Both the position numbers and the translations under genes were made by a program. Below are positions 12,101-26,900 of a DNA stretch of 64,000 nucleotides, piece after piece. Position 1 is the stretch's first letter. Each line of letters starts with the position of its first letter. The notes below the pieces were generated by a model. That model had not been told where the DNA came from, made no database searches, and was given only the letters and a program-made list of their open reading frames with translations. Source of the DNA: Bugula neritina. Taxonomy: Eukaryota > Animalia > Bryozoa. Location: contig OZ037767.1 in NCBI GenBank assembly GCA_964035545.1, forward strand, positions 2,057,680 through 2,121,679, read 5' to 3'.

Positions 12101-15084
12101 ATTGCACAGCTGCATTCCATGTTGTCAGTTTTGAGTCTTTAATTATTATAAATTTGAGTCTTTCAATAGGTATTATAAAATTTTATTTTAAATGCATTAT
12201 TCTTGGAAACATTTTTAAAAGTTCAATTACCAATGTGACATTTGGCATCAAACTAATGAGCATTTTCCATGGCAGCAGTGCTCTTGCAGGAAGTTCAAAT
12301 CACTGATAGCATCATCTTTTTGCTCAGGCTTTTAGCATTGAAAAGTAACTGAACTAAAACGAGACAAATATTTTTCATTTCTTTTCAACTTTCAGCTGCA
12401 AACGGTTTATTATGTCTAAGTAAACTCTTGACAGCCGAGCTTGTATCAGAGTAGTGTAGCAGCTTATATACTCATTGCATGTACCTTCTTCGATTTATTT
12501 CACTACTCTAATTATTTAGCCAAAATAATAACTCAACATATTAAATTTTGAAGAATTTTTCTGAATTTCGAACTTCGATTATTTTATGCTACAAATAATA
12601 AGATAAAGAATTACACTTGAAATATAATTTTAATTACCATGGCTGTGAAAATTGCTGAAATTCCTTATAACCCAGCTGTAGCTTATCAACTTTGTAAACT
12701 TATAATCAATAATAAATAAACATATTTTTTCTATTCAAGGCAGTCATAAAGACTGCTAATTAAATTACATAACCATTTCTTTAGATTCTAAATTTAAAAC
12801 ACAATACTGCAAATCAAAATACCAAATTGTAAAATTCCTTTTACATCATTTAATCAACTAGCTTGAATTCAAGTGCACATCCTTTTTCATATCTAAAAAC
12901 TAAATTGTTTTTTAAGTGTTTGTTTAAAGAACTGATTGCCATCTTAAAATTTAAAATACATAATTCAACAATATAATGTGTCTGAAAAACTGAACCCCTA
13001 CCTAGAACTTTATCAGTGCAGGATGTGGTATTCAAATTTTTATCAGCTTCACAAACTTCCACTAATTTTATGCTAAAATCTTGAAGGTCACTCTATAAGA
13101 GTAGCTGTGCCACCTGCGAGAAAAACTCGGTGCCTTGAATGTGTTAATCCGTAAACATTATAATTACTTGTCACCGGTAATTAAATGTCTAGGTGATAAC
13201 CCAGTAGTCAAATTCTTAAATTTTTAAATATTTTTATTCTTAACCTGTCTGGTTTATAAAAGAATTCTGCAAATTTTTAAGATTTTTGACTTAACATCTA
13301 AAAAACAATTTCTGGTGAATCATATAGTAATTAAAATAAGCCGAGAGCCGAATTTTAATTTTTCTAGAAGTGTGCCAAGATTTCTAGATGCGATATCTAG
13401 TAAACAAACAAATATAAAGAAGTTACTCATCATGGTTTCAGTCTTATCAGCCATAATTTAGCAAAATACTCAAGCCGTGCGTAATCAATTATATATTCAC
13501 ACAGAAACATTACAATATTGTGGTGATTTGAGTTAAATATTCTCTTTGCTCAGTCAATCATGAAAAATTCATGTTTCAATCAAGACAGTAAAATCATATG
13601 TCGAGTTTTAGCCATTTTTATATGCATTTTGAGCAAATAAAATGCCAAAATGGTTGTAATGTAAGTCAAATCAAATTAAACATTGTGTTTTCTATCCCAC
13701 ATGTTTCATATAAGCAGTGGAATTTCTTTTCACTTCGTGAGAAAACAATGCTGGTGTTTTCTTTTTAAATGAACTAAAAATAAAAAAGAAAATAATTATC
13801 AAAAAAGAAATTATTTGAAAAACTTTTAGGAATGGATTTAATAATTGAAATAAAAAGTTTGCTGATGACAATGAGTTACGAATACAATGATGAGTTTTCT
13901 TTTCACAAAGTTTCTTGATACGGTATCTAATATTGTTTTGTGCTTTTTCTTTATTCAGTTATTTTACCTTTATAAGTTGTCTTTGTGTTTAATAGGGAGT
14001 TCTACTACATTCAAATGGAGAAGTATGCAAGACAATCTATTGCAGAGGGACTTTCAGCTGATCAGGTGGAGGTAACTACTGATTCTGAACTTTATAAAAT
14101 ACTGAATCTTCACTACAATCGAAACAATCAGATTGAGGTGAGTGCAGTTTACAAATATACACTATGCATTGTCACCATACTGTAATTGTATTACTCTAAA
14201 CATAGTTATAGCAATGGTACCATAGTAACAGAGAGCACCTTGTTATACTGTAGCTAGTGATGAGCTGGCATTCATTACCTTTCTTCTGCACTTTACTGTG
14301 TATATGATTTAGAGCTAACTATACTCTGTATATTATTATGCATATGTATCATATGGCGTACAGGGAGTTTTATATTCATGACACATGGGGATCACTTTCT
14401 TACTCATACTCACCTACTTATACCTACTTATACTTACTCCTAGTTACTTACTTACTCATACTATACTTACTCCTAGTTACTTACTTACTCATACTATACT
14501 TACTCCTAGTTACTTACTTACTCACTCATACTTACTCCTAGTTACTTACTCATACTTACTTACTCATACTATACTTACTCCTACTACACTTACTCATACA
14601 TACTCCTACTTATACTTATTCATACTTATACTTACTCATACATACTTACTCATACTACACTTACTCATACTTATACTTACTCATACTTATACTTACTCAT
14701 ACTATACTTACTCATACTTACTCACTCATACTTACTCATACTTGTACTTACTCACTCATACTTACTCATACTTACTCATATTTACTCATACTTCAAAATT
14801 ACAGATAAAAATTGAACTAGTTTCTAACTTGCTGTTTTGATTAAGCTAATAAAGCACTGTGCAGCATGCGATCAAACGGGAACACCAAATTTTTCTTGCA
14901 GGTCCCAAAGAGTTTTCTCGATACAATACAGACAACATTGAGGGAGTTCTTCAGAGCCATAGCAGTCGGCAAGGATCGGGAACAGTCCTGGAAGAAACCC
15001 ATCTACAAGGTGATTGCTAGGCTAGATGACATCGTCCCGGAATACTTCAAATCTCAGGACTGGATGGAGCAATTGAGTGATTGA
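183..15084 (+). CDS. pros: Prospero/PROX homeo-prospero domain transcription factor; join(183..278,1758..1954,6492..6794,7086..7299,9582..9848,10708..10909,11262..11482,11890..12044,13996..14137,14902..15084), 659 aa
   Basis: Spliced translation has the family motifs [23 protein letters not shown] and [15 protein letters not shown], the homeodomain [22 protein letters not shown]...[30 protein letters not shown] and the Prospero domain ...[11 protein letters not shown]...LREFFRAI...[14 protein letters not shown]. All nine introns are GT-AG with matching phases (total 1980 nt). An in-frame TGA lies upstream of ATG 183; an acceptor at 106-107 suggests a further 5' UTR exon outside the window. 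Confidence 0.95.
8305..8560. repeat. degenerate (TATAC)n low-complexity repeat in prospero intron 4
   Basis: Repeated tatac/ctata/tacta units. Confidence 0.8.
11483..11889 (+). other. U12-type (minor spliceosome) GT-AG intron in prospero
   Basis: 5' site GTATCCTTT at 11483; branch site TTCCTTAAC at 11871-11879, 10 nt before the end of the AG at 11888-11889; phase 0 joins Q|N in frame. Confidence 0.93.
11890..12044 (+). CDS. pros: prospero exon encoding most of the atypical homeodomain (absent from the ORF track)
   Basis: Translates to [51 protein letters not shown](R); flanked by aatag| and |gtatgc. Confidence 0.97.
14400..14792. repeat. TACTTACTCA-based minisatellite (including a 33-nt higher-order unit) in the last prospero intron
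   Basis: Direct inspection; explains the spurious ORFs 14338..14541 and 14385..14840. Confidence 0.92.
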
Positions 15085-15871
15085 AGTGTATATCTTGACT
15101 GTGCTGTATGCGTGTCATATAGTACAATCAGTATACTGTTTGCTTGCATGCAATATTTGTGTCAGGACTATCTTCTTTATTGCTGCTAAAATTGTGTAAC
15201 CTTCAGCTGTTTTTCTTCTTTTTATTTTCTTTTATATGCATTGACTTGGCAGTAAATGCTGAATTACAATTTAATGTTTCGACTGCATACGTTCCATTAG
15301 GTACTAGTTGTCACCGAAGTAGCAGCTACTATATATTCCAATAATCAAATTCAATTCTATAGACATTTTACTTTGTAAATATTATTCTCTTTTATATTTT
15401 TGTACTTGACTGTAATTTTATTCAGAATAGTGAACCTGGTGATGATCTTGATGTAGTAGCTTTTTTCCTCCAATTGTCTAGTCTAACAAGCAAATAAGTC
15501 AAAATTCCCGACTTGCATACAGAAATACTGCTGTATTACATTCTACTAAATGTCTCTTTATCCAAGTACCTTGTTGCTACTTTAAATCTTTTTTCTAGTA
15601 GCTCACCTTTGAGCAGCAATAATTTATATTTCATATATCTTATATTTTTACTATTCGTTAGTTGTAAAGAGTATTTTAATCGTATTATATCTCCGTTATT
15701 TCAACCCTAAAGAGATTGCATAGCGTGGCATGTTGCTGTGTTATAAGTTGTGTCTGTTATTGTGTACAGTTGTAGAGTTTATATTTTCTTATCTTATGCT
15801 AATAGTTATGTTTTGGACAATGAGATTGGGTGTGGGCCACACCTTCTACAACAGCTGACAATGACTATCAA

Positions 15872-15877
15872 ATAAAT
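15872..15877 (+). promoter_or_regulatory. candidate polyadenylation signal of prospero
   Basis: AATAAA about 790 nt after the stop, followed by T-rich sequence; not verifiable without transcripts. Confidence 0.3.
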
Positions 15878-17534
15878 TACGCACTAAATATAACTTACAA
15901 ATCTATTTTTGTTCTAGGGGCAGTTAAAAAATTCAATCCTAAATATATTTTTGCAACACTGGAAGATGTTTTCTAGAGAATTTTTTCTCTTCAAAAGCTT
16001 GGAAAGCCATCAATGCTATCAAATGTATACTTTATATTATGAATGCTATATAGCCGTTCAGTCAATTCAGAGTTGTGTTTTCATTTCCAACATTAAAATT
16101 TAAAATACCACGAGCTACTTTGAGACGCTGCAACTTTTAATTGTAAGCAGACATGCTATTTCACTGAATATTTTATGCTGGTGAGTGTTATAATTCAATT
16201 AACCTGCATTTATGAATTGAAACATAATGCAAATTTAATTCCTATCTTTTTCATTTGGTTAATGGACTACTACCAGAAACTAGCAAATATATAGCAACAG
16301 CAAATGATGATACGAATGACATGCATATATTAAGTAGAAAGCTGCTTAGAATTGACAAAAAAGAAAGCTATAGTAGTATGTCACTTTAATAGTTATAAGC
16401 AAAGAGAAGACGACTAATAAAACAATGTATACATATAATTTTGTTGTTCACTAAAATAATGACCAAATTTTAAATGTTCATTACGAAATTTATTTGAGTT
16501 TATAAAAATTAAAAGATGACATAACAAAATAAATTGTGTGAATTTAATTCTACCAACTTCACTGAAAAAGTGATGCAAGCATTTGATACATTTTAAATAT
16601 CATTCTAATAGTGCCAAGTTAGTTATATAACAACTTTTTAAACTTAAACTATATCTTTCTATTACACGCCTATATAGACATAACACTACTTTATCACTGT
16701 TTTCATAATCAAAATAATTTTTCACATCATTAATTTTTATTAAATACCGTAGATTTGCTGGCATATAACAATATGTTTACAGAGTGTTGCAATATATATA
16801 TTTTATGGGTGATTGAAACTGAATATAGCTTAGTTTCTTTATTGAAGCAGTAAGCTATACTATTATGTAGCTAAGTCTAAGGAGTTGAGCAGTACAGTGC
16901 AGCATAGAATAACACATGCAGGCTTTCATATTATTTCCTAGGGTACTTTATTTTTTGTTAAGAATTGTGTCAAAGTAATTAATCAATTATAGGCTGATGG
17001 ATTATAATAATAATTGATTTTGGGGCACATAAATTGGGAAATTAAACTTATATGCAACCTTATTTTTTATTACAGGTGTGTTCAAGTTTTGGCAAAGTGT
17101 TTAATTAAGCAAAACCATTAGAAGCATTTATCATTTTAATAATCAATTATCTGGCCAGCTATACCTTGTTAGTCAGTCATTTATGTTGATTCAACTCAAA
17201 CTTGAATTAATTTGAATTTAGCTGACCTAAATCTTCCTTAAATTAAAAATATATATTTTGATCTTATAAAATTTAATTAAATTCATAATAGAATCTATTA
17301 TAATAGAATCTATAATAGATTGCATACATAGCTCCATACAATATTCCAACTTTTCAACTATTTAACTTAAATTAATTTACAAACACTCTAAACTTATCAA
17401 CTCTAAATTGGTTTACTGCTAGTCACAGCCGGGCTTCAATTTGAACTTTTAACTTTTGGAATAGTCAACTTCAGTACCTCATATACAATACAGTTGAAAT
17501 CTAGATTGGCTTTCCTTTGAGTCAGCTTAGATGT

Positions 17535-17682
17535 CCACGTCTGCATTACCCACGTCTGCATTACCCACATCTGCATTACCCACATCTGCATTATACACGT
17601 TTGCAATACTCACTTCTGCATTACCCACATTTGCATTACCCTCGTCTGCATGCCCCACGTCTGCATTGCCCATGTCTGCATT
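17535..17682. repeat. 15-nt minisatellite (CCCACGTCTGCATTA)n, about 10 copies
   Basis: Direct tandem units; explains ORF 17517..17699 (PRLHY repeats). Confidence 0.9.
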
Positions 17683-19180
17683 CAATATTTAGCTGCTGAA
17701 AAGATAACATAAGCCGATAATATAATTTCTTTTACATAGAACAAATCACTGTCATCAAAATGAAAATATATTTAGAAAAATTAGCGTGTATAGGTTGAGC
17801 GAACAATTGGCCATGAAAATTGTGACTTTACGAATGTTGCGCTATCAGGCAATTAAATTACTATAAGACATGTAATTTTGCCGATCAGAGTAGTGTTTGC
17901 TTTGCACTAGGTTATGTTAAATCTGTATTTATTGGCCGTCTAATTATAGTTCAACTTAATTTGACAGAGCTGTAGACAAAGAAATACATGTATTTGATAA
18001 ATTAGCAAAATCTACTGTTTTTAATCTATTTCGTTCTAAACATTCCTTAGAACCAGTTTTGCCTAATGTTTTTGCATGGTTCAACCTAAAGATCAAAAAG
18101 TAAAGCTTTAATTTGGGAAGATAACTTCATTATAAATGCTATAAAATTTAAAAAATTGTTAAAATGCTGAAAATTTAAAACTTCAATATATTCAAAGATA
18201 CTTGATATATAATTAGCTGTTATATGTTTTAGCACTTAAAACTCGGCGCTACAATGTGGTTTCAAATCAGATTTGGTAAATTTTACTGCTACTGCTTATA
18301 AAAAATATAAATTTATAAAGCTTTAGTAATGCAAGTATAGCTAGGATAAAAAAAATAAGAGTAAAACCAATTAAATAAAGCAGGAGCTCATAAAATGCAG
18401 ACGCGAAAAAGGAGAAGGAAGATTTTAAACAACAGTGAAAGTTTTATGTTGCTATGGACACTACTTTAAAGGCATTTCGAAATTATCTGCTCTAAAAAGC
18501 AAGTTCATATAACTCTAAATACAATGGTTATGTAGAGAATAATATAGGGATAAAATAGTCATTGGGTGCTATCAATGCATACACTAAAATGTTGCTAAAC
18601 TTGCGTAACAAATTATTGCAATAAAAACACTTTAGAGTTATCTAATTACATGTATTCACTAAACATATTGAATAGATGCATTCAAGTTATTTTTATGTTA
18701 CTCGAAGTCGAATCTTTAAATACACGTAAATAGGTAATATAACTCATATACGATTTTATAGAATATGCTAAACAATTGTTTGACGTAAGGTGTCATTATT
18801 TAAATACATGGAAACTGTGTGGTAAAACCTTACGTTATACTCAACATGAAACCTTTTATTTGTTTAGCAAGGCTGTAATGCTTTACTTGAGCTACTGTGT
18901 TGTTAGTCATGCACACTATACCAAAAACCTATTCCAAAAATTTATATTAAATGTATTATAAAATTTACCAAATATATAAGAGATAGTCTTGCTTGAATTG
19001 TTGGTGTGATATGCTTGTTTTTAGACACAATTGAAAAAAGTAATAATATGAGTACAAAGTGGTTATAACATTTAATAATAAATTTCTTTATTGGGCAGTA
19101 AGTATATATTGTTATATCTCTATAGTTATGTTAAAGAAAATCAATTCACCTTAGAATTATAGAGTATTTCATACTTGCAT

Positions 19181-19235
19181 TCATTACATTACCGTTACGT
19201 TACCATTACATTACTGTTATGTTACCGTTGCCGTT
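19181..19235. repeat. degenerate pentamer repeat (CATTA/CGTTA)n
   Basis: cattacattaccgttacgttaccattacattactgttatgttaccgttg. Confidence 0.6.
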
Positions 19236-22200
19236 GGAAGGAAATTTAAATGCAGTTTGCATGAACTATCAATTGTTAGAAAGTTGTTTGTTTATAAGAA
19301 ATTAGTCTGTTTTCTTCTAATTTTGTACAGTCAGGCTTATGCAGCCTGAACAGATTACTAATACTACTTTGATGAAAGACTGCAGAGATGTGTAGTATAT
19401 AAAAGCAACTAAAATATCCCTCTGTATGCGGATCAAATTGATATAACAGAGTGCTTGCTTGTGTTTTAGTTGACATTTAAAAACATAAAAGACAGAAATT
19501 ATTTTTAGAAAAAAAATTTGGTTCTATGTAAATGTTGAAACCATGTATAATTTGAAATATATAGACACTATTATAATACATTAGTTCTGTGTGGGTGTGG
19601 GTGTAAAAGAAATTGGTGAAGTGATGGAGAAATTTAGAAAAGCCAGTGTTCTATATCAGAGAAATGTAGCAAGAGAAGTTATGTTCTATAGGGGAAATCT
19701 CAATCAAACACAAATTTACCACAAAGTACAAACATTAAAGAACTCAGGCTAGTAAAATGTTAATGTTACTGTACCTAAATAATGTAAAAGTATCTAACTA
19801 ATAACAGCTTTATTATTAGAATTGAACTAAAATAATTACATAGACAATTTTAGTCTATTATCAAGTTAGGTTGATCTCTATATACTAACTGTAAACTATG
19901 TATATTCCTTATATAATTGGTTGAATATTATATACATCTTTTAGGGTAACGGATATACAAATAAAGTGATACTGTGAATGAAAAGTTGGTAGTTGAAGCA
20001 TGTAACAGAAAGTTATACGGTTGAATTAGTACCAGCTAGAATAGGCTGGTATGCTGTGAGTCACTGTGCATCCTTTTTATGTTAAGAATGTAAAAACGTC
20101 AGGAGCCGATATACAAACATGCATATCTCCATGGCATAATATCATGTTTTTCATATTGAGTCATTGACTATAAGATTTGACATTTGATATAAACAAAGAG
20201 CAAGTGACGAAATTTCCAGTTGATGTCTCTTTAACACACATTCAGTTCATTCATTCAGCGTAACAAATACTCACTCATCCTACAAAATGTCAGGCCAATG
20301 TTTTCAAACTTGTTCAACTGTGTAAAAATATTTCATAGACTTGTAGTTTTTCTGATGGCTAAAGTTTTGTTATTGAAGCTAAAGATAAATGGGCACAGCG
20401 TTGCTAGGTCAATCGTTTTATGTTTTGTTTATACAAAAATACGTTCAATATATCAATACAAGGAAATTGAATATGAATTTTTTCTAACATTAATTTATAT
20501 TTAAAGCAAACAGCAGAACAATGTTCATTTGAGCTAAAAAATGATGCCAAAAGCTTTCCATAGAGTTTCCAAAAAAATTAATTTATAGCTGTATTTTCTA
20601 GTCCAACAAGTCGCCATCAAATGGTTAGACATACTTAAACAATGTGATGCTATTATTGGTAGTTATGTTGGTGGCTTGCAGCATGATACATTTTGACATC
20701 AAAGAGTAGACATATGTTTGAAGGAGAAACTGTACTAAACAAATTGCAGCATGTCGAGCAGCAGGTTAATTTTTACATTTCATAATGCACCAAAGCATCG
20801 TACTTACTTTTAAAAGTTAAAAAATGTCATTTTAGCTGTGAATAAAAACAAGTTTTTGTTAAAAACATGTATATTTGATTTTTAGTGAATGACTTCAGGA
20901 AATTATTCAACGTTTGTTAGATTCTTTCTACACACATATATGCCTTACAGCTAATGCAGAGTATAACACTACAAACCCATATATAGCTAAATCACACACC
21001 CTTTTATCTAATATGCAGCTCTTTCATTTCTGTTTCTCTTTGCCACTATATACGACCTGTGGCATTAGAAATATTTACAAAACTAACTTTTCAACAAATT
21101 AATATAAAATAACATGACTCATCAAAATAATCACCTGCTAATAGTCAGTTTGTGACTGTTTTTGTCCTTTTTAGGGCTTCAGCCTAGGCTTGTAGGCTGT
21201 TATGAATGTGAAATTATGACAAAAGGGAATACGCAATTTTGTAGAATAAAAAGCTATTGTTGCCACCATTTCATTACAATTTCTAGTTCTGAGACAACTC
21301 ACTATTAGTGGTTCCAAGGTAATTGACCTGAAAAAAAGCATATTTTTGATGTCCACTCCCAAAACTGTCAGTTGCATATATAATGTGATTATTGTTATGT
21401 AATCATTATGTTACATAATAAATATTGTATGACCTGTGATAAAACTATATTCATGATATATGTAGTTTGTGACGGTATAATAATTATTGTTTGTTGTTTC
21501 TTGCATATTCTTTGTAAAGCTGTATATTACATAACATTTATAAATGTTAGGTAACTTTATATAAAGAAATATTCTCAAGTTCAACTTGATACAAGTAGAT
21601 TGACTAGCATTCAAACTTGAATTCCTTTACATAAAAAAGTGTAGATTTACCTGTAAAGATGCACATTTACAGGTAAAGGTGTACCTTTACAGTTTATCAG
21701 ATAACAGTTATTATAATGCACCCTTCTTATGTTCAATATATTTAATCGCTTATCTGTATGTAAATTTATTCCAAGTGACTAACTTGCTCCCAACGAGTGA
21801 ATCAACAGAGTACGTCCGTCATAACGCAACCTTCAACTTCCTTAACTTCTGTAAACTAAGTCCATAGATTTTGGAAATTATTAACAAGTTTCAACATACA
21901 CGTACATCATTCCTATTTTAGTTTGTGTTGAGAAATAATTTTGATAGCCGCATTCATCGTAAAATAGCCGTAGGTAGAGCTCATGACTTCATGTATGGTT
22001 ATGTAATGGTATACATGGATACAGAGAAAATAGATGTATGATATAGCATGTTGCTGTAACTCCTAATGTGGTGACATGCACACTGTCATAGTCATATGTT
22101 GCAGTCTGTACTTAGAGATGTGAAATATGTAACTCTGAAGTCTGAACTCCTTTCTAGCCAACTGCTGTGCACTAAGATTCTACTAAAATATAAAATTAAA

Positions 22201-23929
22201 AGTTTGGCTCCCCAACACAAATATCTTGTATAATTAATTATATAATAAAAAAGAGAATAAGAACACTTTTATTACTAAGAAGTAATTTTTGCTGAGATTC
22301 GTATCTCTTGTCAAGTTTGGAGAGTACCTGGCTAAAGGCCTTTGCCCTTTTGCCACATCCTTTGGTTCCCTCTTGCCCCTTCAAGCACACATTGTACGCT
22401 CATTTAGTGCAATCCAAATAATTTAACTTACTAAAACACATTATTGATAAAAATTAGGGAATCAGAAATGTTTCAAGTTCAAAGATAAATTAAACAAAAA
22501 ATCTGGCTTTGGGATGCCTCCTTCAACTGTCTCAGTGCATGAAGCTCTACTGAGGCTAGTGCTTGACTGAGTATTCATGTAACAATCTAGATGCATTCAT
22601 TATACTACATTAGATGATAATATGCACCATATTAACTGTAATCCAATGCATGCGCTGCAAATAGACTGAACCCATTGTAATATCTATAGTTTCATTTTGA
22701 GCTGTTGCACTGGATAGTAGTTTATGCACCCTGAGGATGGATACTGAAGGTGCATCTATAGGTGTGGTAGTAGTAGCTACATACACTGTGTGCACAGCAT
22801 GATTATATTAATTGTTTATTGTTCTGAGAATGCATACACAAAATGTTTACTAAAATAGCAGGTTGTATAATAAACAAGTGAAACAAGTGCAACTGCATAA
22901 CTGAAAATGCGTGAGAAAGATGGAGTAAATTTTAATAATATAAACCAACAGGAATATTTCTATTTACTTTACAAATTTATAAACACTGCATTGATTAAGA
23001 ATAACATTCAATGTAAACAAACTATAGCATTATTACATTGGCCATCTTTAATAAATATTTCGCAATTTTTACTCTTTTTGAAATATTGAACACTTTTCTA
23101 ACTATATCCCAATATCGGTTTTAAATACCGTACTTTATTATACAAATGGTGCAGCCGCTGGTGTTGTTACATCTATCCATTACATATAATATGTAATGTA
23201 TATACTGCAATATATTGCAATGAGATGAATTTTGCAACTTTTGGAGTTGTTTGTACCCGCTCATTTAAATTTACAAGCCGATAAACTAGGCCCGCTAGGG
23301 TATAAGAAAGTTATTCCAATTAATTTATTGCTTATTCATTAGTTTTCATGTAAAATAAACAATTGCCCATTCATTTATATAGAGAGTCATCATATTATGA
23401 TTTTAAAGTGTAAATTAGTGTTATAATATTTATCTAACTAAAAATTATTATTATTTCTATTTAAAGATATTTTTAATATTAGACAACAATATTCTTAAAC
23501 ATAAAACAGCTGACACAAATTAGTACCACAAACAAATAGTTCAAAAACTCTTACAAATGTCTTTAAAGCTCTTAAACTTTAACCTCAGAGTTTAATACTT
23601 CATTATTACACATAAGCCTAAACTAAGCTCCTATAAGTAATATATTCGCTAGCTCGTTTGATTGATATGTTGGAGCACAGTCTAATCAATGCACTGATGA
23701 TTTTAGTAGGTAGCAGAGCGTGCCTGTAACGTGATACACGCTTAGCATAATGCAGCGCTAGATTATACCCATTAGCATAGCTCCGATGGGACAGGCTATT
23801 CAGTATCGTAGAAAGCTTGCAGTGAGCAAGCTGGGCTAATATAAACTTTCTATCACTTCATTGGGACTCTGAGCTTGTAATACGAAAGCTGATCTACGGC
23901 CACATTCTGGATTAAAGTTGGAATAAAAG

Positions 23930-26900
23930 ATGTCTACTATTTCCTCTCAGCAACAGATTTTAGAAGAACTGATTTCTACAGAAGAGAATTACGTTCGAGA
24001 TTTGAAAGATATATGTGAGGTAAGGCAAACTAAACATACTTCTCTATTTAGACTATAACTATAAGTAATAATAAAACACTCGGAAAGCTAGAACACAATA
24101 ATTAGGGCTTTTAGTTGTAGTGACTGCAAAACCTAATTATGTACCTTGTATTGATATTTTTGAAAAGAAGGATTTATGAATAAGGTTAGAACAAGCTTCT
24201 ATATATTAATATGTATAATATTGATATTACCACCAACAATTGTGGGCTGGGAACGTTGTAGAATATTTGCTAAGGTTAATTTTAGATATCTATAAGAAAA
24301 TAGCAAGGAAATAAAACTTGCATAGATTTTATGGCCTCTTCTTTTTCTCCCCCCTTCTCCCCCCTCCCATCTCCCCCACCTCCTTATCTCCCTAGCTTCC
24401 TCCTCCCCCCTCTCTCTCCATTTCCATTTCTCTCCCTGACAGTAAAAGTTAATAACTAAGCTAGTCTTTACTAATTAATTAAAAGTGCATCAATAATCTA
24501 TAAATTGAGTACGAAATGTATGATTATTGAATATTTGCATCAGTAATGATTCAGATTTTCTTTTTTGCCAAGCTTGAATAGCATGCAAAAACTTTAACTT
24601 TAGCAAAAATCTGTGAGCTTACGGAGAGATTAAAACCCATTTCCTCATTTCCATTCTTTGACAAAGACTACTAAATATGAGTCATCAAATCTCACTAATT
24701 ACCTCTGTGTGCTGCTTCTGCTGACTTATTAGTGGTTCCAGATTTATCAAATAAAATCTGCGTACAAAAATCTTTTCCTATCAACTAATTGTTTCCTGTG
24801 TGAAACAAGCACCTCTGTGTTTGGCTGATTCAGGTTTTTATTTTGAAAGTGTGCCTGTTTGGCTCAACTACATTCCAAAGTGTTTATCTCACTGCTGGAT
24901 TTATCTGGTATCACATCTATATACGAAGTCTTGACCTTTGAATAGCAAAACAAAGCTGAAAGTTTTCCCCAATTTTGCATTTCATAGACAGTTTCAACAG
25001 CGCAGATTAGGCATGAAATGTAGTGCTAGTGTTTGTAATGCTAAACTTGATAGCTAAAGAATATGTAACATTTCTCATAATAATGACTTTTTGAACACTC
25101 CATGTATTTATCTCAGTTTATTCTTTGTGATCAACACAAGGGAATGAATGATAGGCATCTAATTACATGAGCAAAATATCAAAATAACAGTTTCTTTGTT
25201 ACACACAGTTTATCTCAAAATCTACACCAAGTTCAATTTACCAAGTTATCTTTTATTTTGACATAAAATGCCAGAAATTTATTTCACAGAACTTTTAAAA
25301 GTATGCACTTGTATATTAATAAAAACATTAAAACTGCAGCCCTTGTAGATCAATAGAATGGAGCACTAAAAATAATATTCTCAACAACTCATTACTAGGT
25401 GCATCTTCCAAAGGCACCTTAGAACGTCTTAGAATATGCTAGAAAATACTAGAAGTAGGTCATACACACTCCTGGCCATCTAACTCATTAACCAGTTTTA
25501 ACTAATTAGCAAGGAGATGCAGCCTACAATTAGCAGCAACAATAGCATGTGTCCAGTACACAGTGAGTGCTACTATCATTTAGTTGTGTGCTGTAAGGCA
25601 CTTAGCTTAGGTCTAACACTGCGCATAACATCATTATTTCATGAATGAGTATCAGATGTCATTTAATATTTTCCAATTTATAAATAAAGGTATATTGATT
25701 TGCTGACCAGTGACCAGGGGAGATGATTTCAAATATAAATCTGTTGTTATGCATGTTGATAATCAAAAGAGACCAGCTATAAGCTGTTAGTGTAACCAGT
25801 TTCCATCTTTATAACAAATTAACGATAAATTATCTTGCTTATCGGAACATTTTTGATATGATGTTTTTATAGCAAGCACAAAAAGAAAATATGCACATTT
25901 AGGACAAAAATAGAACTAAACAGCTTGCATCTCTTACAATTAGCGTCTGCACAACATCATTTCTGAAAACCTTTTTGATGATCAGCCAAATTAAAAACAT
26001 AACGACATTATTTTATATAAAATTGGGAGCCAAGCACACTTCTGAGTTCTGAAAATGTTGAACAGTTTATTACTGCTCTGTTGTCATGATGATTTATATT
26101 TTAAATTAAATTATAATAATGCTAAATGAAGATGTTCTAAAAATAGATTGATTTAAATATTAATTGCCAAGTATACTACAAAATGAAATAACTTGAAAAG
26201 ACAACATTATGAGTGTGTAATGTGCGCTAATAGCTATTGGCAATCAGTTTATTAATATCTTTATGGTGTACTTGTCTCTTTTTGTTATTGTGACATGCTA
26301 CATTCATATTATTGACATATATTACATATAATTGGTGATTCTACCTCACCACAATCCCTTGTAGTAACTCCCAATTTGTAAACTCAACTCTGTTACAACT
26401 TAGCAACTTGAAATAGGAAAGCAACTAGTTATTCCACTTGCACAAACTAGTCAAGGTTATGTGTAGTACTTCATGCTATGTTGTTACAGGTCCACCTACC
26501 ATGTTATATATATTGTTATAGGTCTACCTACCATGTTATATATATTGTTACAGGTCTACCTACCATGCTATACATATTGTTACAGGTCTACCTACCATGT
26601 TATATATATTGTTACAGGTCTACCTACCATGTTATATATATTGTTACAGGTCTACCTACCATGTTATATATATTGTTACAGGTCCACCTACCATGTTATA
26701 TATATTGTTGCAGGTCTACCTACCATGTTATATATATTGTTGCAGGTCTACCTACCATGTTATATATATTGTTACAGGTCCACCTACCATGTTATATATA
26801 TTGTTACAGGTCTACCTACCATGTTATATATATTGTTACAGGTCCACCTACCATGTTATATATATTGTTACAGGTCTACCTACCATGTTATATATATTGT

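Noticed and set aside
14338-14840. Tyr/Leu/Thr-rich ORFs
   Set aside because: Minisatellite inside the last prospero intron.
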